DNA from: Mobula hypostoma
Taxonomy: Eukaryota
Assembly (NCBI RefSeq): GCF_963921235.1
Contig: NC_086108.1
Coordinates: 63,862,001-63,926,000 of the forward strand
Direction of reading: 5' to 3'
Length of the DNA: 64,000 bases
The translations under genes were made by a program, and so were the position numbers. The notes under the pieces were generated by a model, which was not told the DNA's origin, ran no database searches, and saw only the letters and a program-made list of their open reading frames with translations. Shown here piece after piece: positions 25,405 through 39,134 of the stretch; within the stretch, counting starts at the first letter, position 1, and each line of letters opens with the position of its first letter.

Positions 25405-25608
25405 TTGTTGTTCCTCTCCACACTTCATAGTGCAGTGAGTGGCAACCTTACCATTTCTTTATCACTTGTCTGTTTCTTGCGAGGACAAGTTGCTAGCTCA
25501 TCACTCCAGCCAGCAGGGATGGAAAGCTTGCAAGGAGCCAGCCAGATTCGAAGTTAGGACCACTCGCCTTGAAGTCAAGTGCAGGTGCCACTACACCAAT
25601 GGCCAGTT
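25405..25608 (-). mobile_element. Short tRNA-headed SINE with CAA-type tail and 12-bp TSD
   Basis: Head GGCCATTGGTGTAGTGG...TTCGAATC; TSD TATGTTTC(G/A)ATG at 25393-25404 / 25609-25620. Confidence 0.7.
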
Positions 25609-27329
25609 TATGTTTCAATGTAAATGTGATAAAAAGCTATTCTTTTACAAAAAAAAGTCTTAAGTGCAAAATCCAAAAGGTGAACTGATGCCTCATCTTT
25701 CTGTATTCTCCCACAACCGAGCTGATGCACAGCTGTTTGCCTTCAGACCAAATGTAAGGTCAAGAGGCGGAAGCCATGATATTGAGAAACCCAGGGGCTC
25801 CATAATTTTGCCTCGGCCTGCTTTCTGCAGTTGCCATGTGTGACAAGATTGAAATCTGCTCAATTTAATTATAAATAACTGCTCAAATAATTTTTTAAAA
25901 AGTTAAAATAATTTATTTAATGTGAATATCATTTCATGTTGATTGAAGGAAAAGGATATTCTTGCAAAATGTGAAAATCTGTTTAGTTGAAAATTGTGAG
26001 ACTCTGTGTGCAAGACATTCTTTTATGGTATCAAGCACTGAATCTGCCAGTGACTTGTAAGGGCTCATATTCAATCTTCAGCACGCGATTGATTGCTCAT
26101 GCCTGCCAGAATGCTGTGAAGGTGGGGGGTTGTGCAGTACATACTGTACTCATTCACTAAAAAATGGCTAATGCATGAACAGTACAGCATATCTATATTT
26201 CATTTGCCATATCACTTTGTTGCAGTACTACACATGCAGATGTGTTGTCTAGTATTAAAATAACACCAGAAATAAGAGTTCCAATTGAAAAGCCCAATGA
26301 GTTATGCCAAGAACAGAAAATACAGGCAGACGCTGATGATGTGAGGGAACACTGGGTTTAATCTTAAACTGATCGGCTCCTGGCTAGGAAGATGCAGGCT
26401 CAGTCCACTTGCTTCAATGGGTACTTGGAGTTTAGAATCTTTGCTCTAAAAGTGGAGAAAATCCTTTGCATCAGGCAAGCAATTGAAAACAAGGAAGATG
26501 CCAGCGCTGTCATTTCAAGCTGGAAAGTTAGGACCATGATGATCTGCAGGTAGTTGATAACACCCTACAAGTCTGCTGTTTCGGACATGTTCAAGATCAA
26601 TTTATCAAATTCCATTTTTAAAACTATCCAGGAGCTGGGCCTCACTAGAAATGTGAGCTATTGTTAATCATACTTAATTGTTCTTGAGAAAGTGGTAGCA
26701 AGTTGCTTACAACTGAGTCCATTTAAGAGTCAACCACATGGACTACCCCCATCAGTTGGGCTGGAGCCAAACATAAGCCATATATAAAGTGCTGGTTGCA
26801 GACAATGGTGAAGCAGATAGTTTTTTTTATATATAACAATGGGTTACATTATTAACACTAGTTATTTTTAATAGCTCAAATAGACTCTAGCAATTTAGGA
26901 AGAAAATAGTTAAAATAATTGTAGGATGGCGTCAGCAGCAGTTTGAAGAAATTAAGGAAACACATACTCATATGGATAAGAATTAAAATTGAGGCTGTAT
27001 AAAGGTAATAGAGCAATGTTTAGGGGGTATATGAAGAAACATATTGAAAGGTAGTTCATGAGATGACCAGCATCAGTGCCTATCACACGCAATATGACCC
27101 AGATCTCTTTCTAAGGGTGTACCAGTGGCAAGATGTAACCTTTGAAAGGTTTACATTTGAACCAAAAAGGCCAATTCCACACCAACATCTGCCATACCAT
27201 CTACCCAGATAAGAAACATCAACTCCTTAATTCCATTGAGGATATCTTCTCCAACATTCCTTTGCAAAGTAGAGAATAGGCAGCATTTAATATATTGCAT
27301 TGTTGCAGTTGATAAATCATGGGTGAAGT

Positions 27330-27830
27330 TGTTCATGGAGTACTGTGTACAGCGTTGGTCACCCTCATAGGAAAGATGTGGTTAAACTCGAAAGAGTGCA
27401 GGAACGATTTATGAGGATGATGCCAGGTCTAGAAAGTTTGAGTTATAACGAGGGATTAGCCTTAGATTCCTTAGAACATAGGAGAATGAGGGATGACCTT
27501 ATAGAAGTGTTTAAAATTGTGAGAGGCAGGTGCACTAGTGAAACTTAAGAGACTACTAGACAGGTAAATGGAGAACTTAAGGTGGGGAGGGGTTATATGG
27601 GAGGCAGAGTTTGAGGGTCGGCTCAACATTGTGGGCCTAAGGGCCGGTATTGTGCTGTACTATTCTATGTTCTATGTATAGATAAGGTGGACAGTAACAG
27701 TCATTTCCCCAGGGCTGGGGAGCCTAGAACTAGTGGGCATAGATTTGGATGAGAGGAGAAATATTTAAAAGGGACTGAAGAGCAACTTTTTCATGCAGAG
27801 GCTGGTAAGCATACTTGTTGAGTGGAAAAT
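27330..27830 (+). mobile_element. CR1 3' fragment containing a nested young CR1 3' end (about 27527-27677)
   Basis: LERVQERF...RRMRDDLIEVFKI; the insert matches the 3' UTR of the 3233-3798 subfamily. Confidence 0.75.
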
Positions 27831-28457
27831 TCTGTATCCATACTGTGTTACTCTATGACTCTGAAAATATAGGAAACTGGAAGAAAAGAACATTGACTAG
27901 TTTGAGGCCAACATCAAAGCAGTGGAATCTGTTACTTGGTAAATGATTTGTTATGGAATCTGTCAAGTGGTTTGCCCTCATTCACTACAACAGCGTCTGA
28001 AATGAGAGGACAATGAATTAATTAGGAATTGTTCACAGCAAGATCTAGCAGGCTGCTAGCGTGAAGCACCACTGACTATTGACCATAGCTCTGTCAAAGC
28101 AACCAGTTGCCCTTCAACATGGGATTAGGAGCAAGATAAGATCAAAAAGACAACTTGACAATAAGCAGAGAAAGTGGCCAATCGCAAACAAGGTCAGAGC
28201 AAGTCACCATCCATTTTAAACAGATGGAGAAGTGGGTGAATCATCTCAAATGTATTCCAGGACAATGACCACCAGTAAGGCACCTCTAGGCATCATTGAC
28301 AGTTTACTTGTTGTTGAAAAGCCAGTTACAGAGTGCGCAAGGATGCAGTTTAGTAGATTCAAGGTGATGGTCTCATTCATCAGGTATAGGAAGCTACATT
28401 TCTGTAGCATCTGCTTGAACTTCTATATCCCTGCAGGAGGGTATGAGTCTGAGTCTG

Positions 28458-28459
<2 letters not shown>

Positions 28460-28505
<46 letters not shown>

Positions 28506-28520
28506 CCTCCCTCCCTCCCT
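28460..28520. repeat. (CT)n followed by (CCCT)n microsatellite
   Basis: Directly visible. Confidence 0.95.
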
Positions 28521-28770
28521 GGATACCTCTATATCTCTGTAGGAGAGAGGTGACTGTCCGGGGATATATCTGCAGGAAGGAGGGGGATTGTGTCCTGGGA
28601 TGTCTCTGCATGATGATGAAGAGGACAGCATACCGGGATATCTTTGGAGGAGGGATGGTACTGAGTCTTAACATATTGTATCTCTGTAGAGGAGGAAATT
28701 GTGTCCCAGGGTATTTCTGTAGGAGGGGTGGGGCTCAGATCATGCCCATGGATACCTCTGTAGGAGGAAG
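28521..28770. repeat. Degenerate minisatellite, unit about 30-45 bp, core GGATATCTCTGTAGGAGG
   Basis: About 7 recurrences of (G)ATATCTCTG(T/C)AGGAG-like cores. Confidence 0.65.
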
Positions 28771-28904
28771 AATGTATCAGCATGAAAGCACTTCCGTGCA
28801 GGGTTTTGGGCAATGTATTATTGGGAAATTGCCCTGATTAGAATATGGGTCTTGACTGAATGCAATATGCCCAAATCTGAGAGTGGTTTAAGAAGCAGCA
28901 GTCA

Positions 28905-29320
28905 TCAACAAGCAGGAGGTACTTGGGCCAAAGTGTCTGTTCATGTGCAGTATTTACCATCCAGTCCATGCCAAACTATTAATCTGCCTAGTCCCGTCAA
29001 CCTGCACCTGGATCATAGTCCTCCATAACCCTCCCATCCATATACCTATCTAAATTTCTCCAAAGTATTGAAATTGAACCCACATCTACTACTTCCACTG
29101 ACAGCTCATTCCACACTCTTACCACGCTCTGAGTGAAGATGTTTCCCTTAAGAAATCTGTGGATTTGATCCGAGATGTAACTGACCCTGGCACCAGTAAG
29201 GCGACATACCATCAGGGAATCTTATTCTTGTCCACAGAACCTCTTGCCTGTTTCCCCAACTATTGAATCCCCTATCACTATAGCTCGAATCTTCTTCCCC
29301 CCTCTTCCCCTCTGAAGTTC
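28905..29320 (-). mobile_element. Internally deleted CR1: ORF1 esterase-like segment joined to the ORF2 C-terminus and 3' UTR
   Basis: VIGDSIV...MVCRLTGARV (GDSL/SGNH-like CR1 ORF1) runs directly into KGNIFTQSVVRVWNEL...LDRYMD. Confidence 0.65.
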
Positions 29321-29494
29321 GTAGGAGATCTATATGATCTTCTCAGTTGTCAATCGCAGGTGAAAAGTCATGAACAATGGAAATCGGATATGTTTCCCTT
29401 CATTGACCTCACCGAAGCATTGTGTTGGGTGAGATGGGGGCATATCCTTCCGAGTGCTGAAGGAAAGTGTCTACCTGATGAGGCTGGCAATTGA

Positions 29495-32400
29495 GATAGA
29501 AACATAGAAAATAGGTGCAGGAGTAGGCCATTCAGCCCTTCCAGCCAGCACCGCCATTCAGTATGGTCATGGCTGATCATCCAACTCAGAACCCTGTACA
29601 TGCCTTCTCTCCATACCAACTGATCCCTTTAGCCACAAGGGCCATATCTAACTCCCTCTTAAATATAGCCAATGAACTGGCCCCAACTGTTTCCTGTGGC
29701 AGAGAATTTCACAGATTCACCACTCTCTGTGTGAAGAAGTTTTTCCTCATCTCGGTCCTAAAAGGCTTCCCCTTTATCCTTAAACTGTGACCCCTCATTC
29801 TGGACTTCCCCAACATCGGGAAGAATCTTCCTGCATCTAGCCTGTCCAATCCCTTTAGAATTTTATATGTTTCAATAAGATCCCCCCTCAATCTTCTAAA
29901 TTCCAGCAAGTATAAATCTAGTCGATCCAGTCTTTCATCATATGAAAGTCCTGCCATCCCAGGAATCAATCTGGTGAACCTTCTTTGTACTCCCTCTATG
30001 GCAAGAATGTCTTTCCTCAGATTAGGGGACCAAAACTGCACACAATATTCCAGGTGTGGTCTCACCAAGGCCTTGTACAACTGCAGTAGAACCTCCCTGC
30101 TCCTGTATTCAAATCCTCTTGCTATGAATGCCAGCATACCATTCGCCTTTTTCACCGCCTGCTGTACCTGCATGCCTACTTTCAATGACTGGTATATAAT
30201 GACACCCAGGTCTCGTTGCACCTCCCCTTTTCCTAATCGGCCACCATTCAGATAATAATCTGTTTTCCTGTTCTTGCCGCCAAAATGAATAACCTCACAT
30301 TTATCCACATTAAATTGCATCTGCCATGAATTTGCATCCACTCACCTAACCTATCCAAGTCACCCTGCATCCTCTTAGCATCCTCCTCACAGCTAACACT
30401 GCCACCCAGCTTCGTGTCATCCGCAAACTTGGAGATGCTGCATTTAATTCCCTTGTCTAAGTCATTAATATGTATTGTAAACAACTGGGGTCCCAACAGT
30501 GAGCCTTGCGGTACCCTTCTAGTCACTGCCTGCCATTCTGAAAAGGTCCCGTTTATTCCCACTCTTTGTTTCTTGTCTGCCAACCAATTCTCTATCCATA
30601 TCAATACCATACCCCCAATACCGTGGGCTTTAAGTATGCACACTAATCTCCTGTGTGGGACCTTGTCAAAAGCCTTCTGAAAATCCAAATATACCACATC
30701 CACTGGTTCTCGCCTATCCACTCTACTAGTTACATCCTCAAAAAATTCTATGAGATTCGTCAGACATGATTTTCCTTTCACAAATCCATGCTGACTTTGT
30801 CTGATGATTTCACCGCTTTCCAAATGTGCTGTTATCGCATCTTTCATAACTGACTCTAGCATTTTCCCCACCACCGATGTCAGGCTATAATTCCCTGGTT
30901 TCTCTCTCCCTCCTTTTTTAAAAAGCAGGGTTACATTAGTCACCCTCCAATGCTCAGGCACTAATCCAGAATCTAAAGAGTTTTGAAAAATTATCACTAA
31001 TGCATCCACTATTTCGTGGGCTACTTCCTTAAGCACTCAGGGATGCAAACCATCTGGCCCTGGGGATTTATCTGCCTTTAATCCCTTCAATTTACCTAAA
31101 ACCACTTTCCTACTAACATGTATTTCCCTCAGTTCCTCCATCTCACTAGACCCTCGGTCCCCTACTATTTCCGGAAGATTATTTATGTCCTCCTTAGTGA
31201 AGACAGAACCAAAGAAGTTATTCAATTGGTCTGCCATGTCCTTGTTCCCCATGATCAATTCACCTGTTTCTGACTGTAAGGGACCTACATTTGTCTTAAC
31301 CAATCTTATTCGTTTCACATATCTACAAAAGCTTTTACAGTCAGTTTTTATGTTCCCTGCCAGCTTTCTCTCATAATCTTTTTCCCCTTTCCTAATTAAG
31401 CCCTTTGTCCTCCTCTGCTGAACTCTGAATTTCTCCCAGTGCTCAGGTGTGCCGCCTTTTCTGGCTAATTTGTATGTTTCTCCTTTGGAATTGATACTAT
31501 CCCTAATTTCCCTTGTCAGCCATGGGTGCACTACCTTCCCTGGTTTATTCTTTTGCCAAACTGGGATGAACAATTGTTGTAGTTCATCCATGCGATCTTT
31601 AAATGCTTGCCATTGCATATCCACCGTCAACCCTTTAAGTATCATTTGCCAGTCTATCTTAGCTAATTCACGTGTCATACCTTCAAAATTACCATCCTTT
31701 AAGTTCAGAACATTTGTTTCTGAATTAACTATGTCACTCTCCATTTTAATGAAGAATTTCACCATATTATGGTCACTCTTACCCAAGGGGCCTCGCACAA
31801 CAAGATTGCTAACTAACCCTTCCTCATTGCTCAATACCCAGTCTAGAATGGCCTACTCTCCAGATGGTTCCTTGAAATGTTGGTTCAGAAAACCATCCCA
31901 CATACATTCCAAGAAATCCTCTTCCTCAGCACCCTTACCAATTTGATTCACCCAATCTATATGTAGATTGAAGTCACCCATTATAACTGCTGTTCCTTTA
32001 TTGCACGCATTTCTAATTTCCTGTTTAATGTCATCCCCAACCTCACTACTACTGTCAGGTGGCCTGTACACAACTCCCACCAGCGTCTTCTGCCCCTTAG
32101 TGTTATGCACTCTACCCATATCGATTCCACATCCTCCAGATTAACGTCCTTCCCTTTCTATTGCGTTAATTTCTTCTCTAACCAGCAATGCTACCCCACC
32201 TCCTTTTCTTTCATGTCTATCCCTCCTGAATATTGAATATCCCTGAATGTTGAGCTCCCATCCTTGGTCACCCTGGAGCCATGTCTCTGTGATCCAACTA
32301 TATCATATTCATTAATAACTATCTGCATATTCAATTCATCCACCTTGTTACGAATGTTCCTTGCATTGACACACAAAGCCTTCAGTCTTGTTTTTACAAC

Positions 32401-32580
32401 ACTCTTGGTCCTTATACAATTATGTTGAAAAGTGGCCCTTTTTGATTTTTGCCCTGGATTCGCCTGCCTGCCACTTTTACTTTTCACCTTACTACTTTTT
32501 GCTTCTACCCTCATTTTACACTCCTCTGTCTCTCTGCACTTGTTCCCATCCCCCTGCCATATTAGTTTAAATCCTCCTGC
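29495..32580 (-). mobile_element. CR1 LINE with essentially complete but disrupted ORF2 (APE endonuclease + RT) and the end of ORF1
   Basis: ALCVNARNIRNK, VGVVYRPP, MGDFN, GKSDHN (endonuclease); YLDFQKAFDKVPH, VPQGS.LGP, KFADDTK (RT); broken by stops and frameshifts into 5 ORF pieces; (TTTCTATG)n tail. Confidence 0.93.
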
Positions 32581-32889
32581 TCTTTTCATGAGAAATGAGT
32601 AATCGTTAGGTACAACTGATAAATTCCAGGTTGTCCAAAGTGCACAGCAGGTCAAACATCTGCATTCTGATATTAGCTGTGTTCTTCTCACAGCTGTCAT
32701 GATGTGCATCAGAACTCTTGAAAAGCTGTTCATTCTTTCATAACCGAGTGCCAGGTCACCACAATGGAGTTGCCCCATATCAAAGATGCCAGACCAGCAT
32801 CACCCGCCAAAGGCATACTCTCCACTGTTCGCATTGACCAACAGCATCAGGAAAGCAAATGCTACCCTTGAAGGCAAATAGCAGTTTAG

Positions 32890-33520
32890 GTTGCTGCTAT
32901 GCTACCAAGAATTAGTATTGATAATGTGTTACTGGAAGTTGTTGACAGCTTCACAGATCAAGGCTCCACAATCCCCAGGAATCTGTCACTCGATGCTGAG
33001 ATCAACACACACATTACAAAAGCTGCAACTTGCCTCCCCAAACTCAGCAAGAGTGTAGACCAACTGCAAACTGGTGGAAAACACCAGACTGCGAGTGCCC
33101 TCCTTCGTCCTTAATACACTCCTTTACAGCAGTTAAAGATGATGAATAAACAAAAGGCACACAAGTCCTGAAGCAGGGTCTCGGCCCCAAACATCCACTG
33201 TTTACTCTTTTCCGTAGATGCTGCCTAACCTGCTGAGTTCCTCCAGCTTTGTGTGTGTGTGTTGCTTTGGATTTACAGCCTCTGCAGATTTTCTTGTGTT
33301 TATAAAGAGCTTAATATTCTCCACCTTCACTGCCTCAGATACAAATTATGTATCTTATATATTAGAGCATGCTAATTCTGTCAGCATGCTTTTGTTGTTA
33401 AGTCAATGACTGAGACAACTCTGACATAAGAGCCTTTGGAAAGGACCGATGGAGGGCTGACTATTCAAATGTGTCTCAGAAGAGGAAGGTGTAACAAAGT
33501 TTATCTGGCCGAATGAAGAC
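32890..33520 (+). mobile_element. Old RTE-like LINE fragment with a Penelope pLTR insertion (about 33163-33304)
   Basis: PRISIDNVLLEVVDSFT..GSTI...LSLDAEIN..I.KAA is typical of the RTE RT C-terminal region. Confidence 0.6.
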
Positions 33521-36149
33521 TCAGAGAAAATAGAGACAAGCAGCTGCAGATTTTCTCTTGTTCGTGACCAGTAAAATTTGCACATTCTCAAGCCCTGGCT
33601 TCATCTGCAGCAAATGCATTAGATCTGCCATGTTCTGACCACAGAGAACATGTTCAATAAGTAATTGACCCGCAAACTGCAAGACACTACCCTCTGAGAC
33701 AGAAGGCTGCTTACGGGCACAAAGGCCATTAGGCATGCAGAGCAACTCCGAATAATATACAATGCAAGTTATTACATCACTGGGTTAAAACAGTGCAAGT
33801 CACTCATACGTCACTCACTAATTGGAGATGTCAGGTGTGCTTGTGCATGAGTTAAAGGTGACTGTTTCTTTAGCCAGAGAGTCCAAGGCATTGATCTTGT
33901 CAAATAGATCCTCTAAAATTTTTACTTGCTATTTACCTCCATCTTCCATCTCTAATTCCCCACAATTTGCCGCTGAAATTGTTTGGGTCCCTGTTGACAG
34001 CGTGCCCAGCTGGATACCAACGGAACTAGGCTAAAAATGTATATCCCAACTGGCCCTTGTTTGACATCACAAATGTATTTCCTCAATGCCTTGGCTCCTA
34101 CATCCAGAACCACTCTGTCCCTAACACTAATTCTGACTTTGGGTCTGATCCACCCAATCCTCTTCCAGTCCTTTCTCTGCAACCTAGAGTATGAACTATT
34201 CTGAAAATCAAAAATCCGTAAATGCTGGAAATCAGAAATAAAAACAGGAAATACTGGAAATATTCAGCAAGTCATGTAGCATCTGTGGAAAGAGAAAGAG
34301 AACTGTTTTTCCTTTGTTCATTTTCTCTCTTTGTTGCTGGGTGTTTGACCATCTTTTTGTGTGTAGTGTTTCATTGATTCTATTGTGTTTCTTTGTATGT
34401 ACCGTGAATGCCCACCAAAAAATCTCAGGGTAGTATATGGTGACATGCATGTTCTTTAATAACAAATTTACTTTGAACTTTGCTTTCATTAGTCCATCAA
34501 CTCAGATAGTTCATCAACAAGTTATCCCCATGACTGAGAACAAGCAAGTAAAGTTCAAAGAAGAGAGTCAAGAAGCTAAATATACCAGATCCCAAATTCA
34601 ACGGATATCAGAAAATTTTTAAATGATCTGAATATTTTATGATGGCAATGGGCTATTGGACTTCCTTCCTGGTTCAGCTGTCTGGTCATCACGAAGGCAG
34701 CTAGGTTTTTTGTTCTTCACCTTTTCCAATACCCTGCAATATTTTATAGCATCTCATATTACTTGTGATACTGGGTCACAGTTACTGGCATCGACTGAAC
34801 TTTAATCAGTACTCAACAATGATGTTAATCATTTCTTAATGTCTCTCCTATAATGCTGCATTGAATATTGTCTAAACCACATAATAAGGGTCACGCAAAG
34901 GGACTCTGGTATGAGCACTCAGAAAAACTTGCATAATTTGAAGGTTTCATTAATAATTTCTATGAGGGTTTATTTATACCAGCATGATTGTATTGTAATT
35001 ATGCTCACAACAGCAATGAAACTTTGTTGCTTTTTACTTAAATGGGTGTTTTGGTAGTAGGCTGAATGGGTTTCTAGAAACATCAGGAGGGAAAGAAAGA
35101 TTTGGCCAAAAATTCATCTGCTCGCTTAGATTTTCAATAAAAGCATTCATTGATACTTGTCCCCTGCTGCCCGTGAAAGTGAAGATCACACTTGTGCTAA
35201 AGTTTTTAACTCTGGATCACTACAGATAGCAAACACATACCACAGTTCACATCTTAAAGTATGAGGGGTTATTGAGAATCTTAGGAAAAAATAAATCCTC
35301 AACTCTGCCTGTCACATCCATTCTCTGTTACATCATCAAAACTCTCCAGATAGTATGATCATACATAATTTCCACTTCAACAGAATACTTTTGTTCTCCT
35401 TTATTGGCCAATACTTATAAACTTGTCCAGATGGTTGCTATTTTTTCCATCATCATTCTTTTTAAATATTTCCTAACCACTGACCTTCAAGACAGCAGAA
35501 AACTAAAAAAATCTGGAGAAACTGAAAATCTGATCTGAGTTCTAATGATGGTTACTGACCTGGAAAATTTGCTATTTCTGTTTCTACAAAAAAACTCTGA
35601 TCTGCAGAGTATATGCAGCATTTTCTGTTTTTATTTGACATTAAGGATCAGCTTCATTGATTACAAGGTTTATCCCTTTCCCTTTTCTGAACAAAGGTTT
35701 AACATTTGCAATCATTTGGCACATTTTTTTGGCAAATCATCTTCCTTGACAAACACTAAACAGCCTTCATAGACACCCTGATATTGTGCTTCTCCATTTG
35801 TGACATTTAATCAGTGATGCTGCTCGCATAACAGGACCTCTGGATTCTTCTTTTAAATAGAAGCAACCAATCTATCTTCATCTTGTTTCCTTGTTATCTC
35901 ATTTTATCTTAACTGTACAATTTTAATACTCAGCCCAAGACTCCGTATATTATCTGTGTTTACTTTTTACTCCTACTCTTACTCTGACTCATCTTCCGAA
36001 CTCAACTCTGACTTTAAGGGCACTATTATACTTGCCTAACTTCATGACATTCAACATCCATCCTGAGTTATCCTCAGTTCTGTCCTGTGGTGGGAAATAG
36101 TGGCTTTTCCAGTTTGCAGATGCAGAGGCAGGATTTGGAGTAACTCCAA

Positions 36150-36850
36150 GATTGAATAGTACAACACAGGTACAGCCTTTGGGCCCACAATGTTGCATTG
36201 AACTAATTAAACTAATGACAGCTAATCCATTCTGCTTTTGCGGTCCAATCCTCCGCATATCTAAGAGGCTCTTAAATGCCTTTGCTGTATCTGCTTCCAC
36301 CGCTACACCTGGTAGTGCTTTCCAGGCACCCACTGCTCTCTGAGTGAAAATGAATCTGCCGCTCAATTCTCATTTGAACTTTACTCCTCTCATCTTAATG
36401 CATGCCATCAGGTATTAGATTATTTCAAACCTGAGATTAAGATATCGGGCTATCTATGCCTCTCACAATTTTATAAATTTGTATCAGGTCCTGTCTCAGC
36501 CGCACTAGAGAAAACAATCCTAATTTGTCCAGCTTCTCCTTATAGCACATGTCCTCTAGTCCAGTCAGAATCCTAATAAACCTTTTCTGGACTCTCTTCA
36601 TAGCCTCCACATCCTTCCTACAAAGGGGCAACTAGAAGTGAATACAATACTTCAGATGAGGTCTAACCAGAGTTTTATAAAAGAACAACATAACCTCCTG
36701 ACTTAAACTTAATGCCTCAACTGATAAAGGAAAACATACTAAATGACTTTTTTTTTAAAAATCACCGTAATGACTTGTGCAGCCATTTTCTGGGAGATAT
36801 GGACTAGGGCTCTAAGATCCCTTTGTACTTCAATGCTGTTAAGGGTCCTG
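36150..36850 (-). mobile_element. CR1 3' fragment
   Basis: RKDVEAMKRVQKRF...; FTQRAVGAW.ALP. Confidence 0.8.
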
Positions 36851-38389
36851 TTAAAGTGATGAAAAATGATGCTATATTATAAAGCATTATCATTTGCACC
36901 TCATTGTCTACCTGCACTGCATTTTCACTGTAACTATAATAGCATATTCTGCATTCTGTTATTACTTTTCCATGACACTACCTCAAAGTGCTCTGTTTTG
37001 AAATGATCTGTATGGATGGTTTTCAAAATTAAAATTTTCACTGCATCACAAAGCATGTGACAACAATAAACTAATAGCAATAATGGCTAAAACTGCATTA
37101 GCTGTAACAGAATTTGATAATAAGGCAGTTATGTTCCTTCACACATGGGTAGATTCAATGGAAAGAATTTGTCAATATTGCATAGCTGAGACAGCTTGCC
37201 TTAAAGTGTAAAGCTTCTGAGCTTGACCTAAAATGTAAAATTCCTGAGCTTGAGCAAATGATCATTGAAAACTGCACATCAACACTAGTTTGGCAGAAAT
37301 CGTTTCAACAGTTGATTAAACTGTGTAAGCTGCTTGAGTTAGCAAAAGCAATGTCATTCGATGCAAAAGGATAAAACATTTCACTTCAGCAGACAACAGC
37401 AGAAAAAATGATCAACCATTTTGCAAAACAGAAAACGCAGCACACCTGAAAGACATGTAGCAAGTTCCAGTTCTGACAAAAATTTTTGACCTGAAGCATT
37501 AAGTTCCTTTCCCCATTGCTGCAGTCTGACGTGCTGCCTATCTCCAGCATTTTCTGTTTTTGTTACATGTAGGACATGATGAAGCCAATGTAGATATCAA
37601 CAATAATTATGACCCTGAGTACATACAGTATCTATAGTGTATTATAATCATGAGTGCACCCAGAGATGGATGGAAACTAGTATTTGCAACTTGCATTACA
37701 TGTGATGGATATTAACAGTCCAGGTCCTGGACACTTACTGCTACCTTGGCTTTTTAGGACAGCAGAAGAAACTATCTATAGTTCACATTTCTAATCAGTA
37801 AACTTTTCTCATTCTCTCGACTTCATCAGCAGAAACAACACTGTCCGTGTTGAACTCACTAAGACGGTAATGTAATCAGGAGCAACGACATTGTTGATGC
37901 TAACTTAATCAAAATGCTCTAACCAAATGAACTGATCAATGCAGTTATGAAATGTTTCATGCAAATTAGGTCATTACTGGAGGATTGGTTAAAAATGATA
38001 TTAGAAGGCAGTAGGTATTACAGATAGAGACGTACTATCCACTCCTCAGCCTCGACCTGAGATGGATTTCTTCTGAGAAATTCTTGCTGCAGTGGATGAC
38101 TTGCCCTCTGTACTACATTACTATGGTTTTCTAGTTTGTAAACTATGCATGTGTTTTTGAAACACTTTCTAGAATAATAATCTCTGTTAGAATTTAGTCC
38201 TCAAATAAGATGTACTCTATTTAAAATAAAATATCATGTCTAATCATATGCATTAGCCAGAAATATATCCTCTTTGTTTGGGAAGGAGGACCACAACTCA
38301 AAATAGAGATTATTGACAGTTAAACCCCTCCAGAAAAGAGATTAGAGTTGTTATGTAAGCTAGTCTTTGAAATATAAACTAATACAGAA

Positions 38390-39098
38390 TGTCCCTTAAC
38401 ATTCAATGGCATCACCATCACTGAATCGCCTACTATCAACATCCTGGGGTTTACCATTGATAGGAAACTGAACTGGTCTAGCCATATAAACACTGTGGCT
38501 ACCAGAGCGAGTCATAAGCTAGGAATCCTACAGTGTGAAACTCACCTCCTGACTCCCCAAAGCCTGTCCACCATCTACAAGACTCAGGTCAGGAGTGTAA
38601 TGGAATACTCTCCACTCGCCTGGATGAGTGCAGCTCCATCAACACTCAAGAAGCTCGACACCATCCAGTACAAGGCAGCCAACTTGATTGGTAGCCCTTC
38701 CACAAGCATCCAATCCCTCCAGCATCGACGAACAGTTGCAGCAGTGTGTACTCTCTACAAGATGCACTGCAAAACCACACCAAAGCTCCTAAGGCAGCAC
38801 CTTCCAGACCCATGACTACTATCATCTAGAAGGACAAGAACAACAGATACCTGGGAACAACACCACTTGGAAATCCCCCTCCAAATCACTCACAATCCTG
38901 ACTTGGAAACATATCACCATTCCTTCATAGTCATTGGCTCAAAATCATGGCAGCACTGTGGGTGTACCTACACCTCAGGGACTGCAGCGGTTCAAGAAGG
39001 CAGCTCAACATCACCTTCTCAAGGGCAACTAGGGATGGGCAATAAACATTGGCTTAGCTGGTGATACAGTACTCATCTGCTGTAAACAAATAAAAAAA
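38390..39098 (+). mobile_element. LINE 3' end of the CR1/L2 supergroup (a clade distinct from the other CR1 copies)
   Basis: LSTIYKTQVRSVMEYSPLAWMSAAPSTLKKLDTIQ.KAA.LI; 3' UTR CACCTTCTCAAGGGCAACTAGGGATGGGCAATAAA; A-rich end. Confidence 0.7.
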
Positions 39099-39134
39099 TA
39101 CACTGAAATGAGGGTATTATTGGACATTTTAACT

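Larger units (their letters stand above)
24415..25650 (+). mobile_element. tRNA-derived SINE (V-SINE-like) split by two nested insertions
   Basis: A-box-like TGGTTAGTG; B-box GGATTCAATTC|C; V-domain-like TGTATGGAGTTTGTACGTTCTCCCC...TTCCAAAGACGTAC resumes at 25156. Confidence 0.7.

Noticed and set aside
28232..28837. 201-aa ORF and opposite-strand ER-repeat ORFs
   Set aside because: Produced by the (CT)n microsatellite and minisatellite; no protein-family features.
29495..32580. Active autonomous CR1
   Set aside because: Several stops and frameshifts in ORF2, and most of ORF1 is missing.
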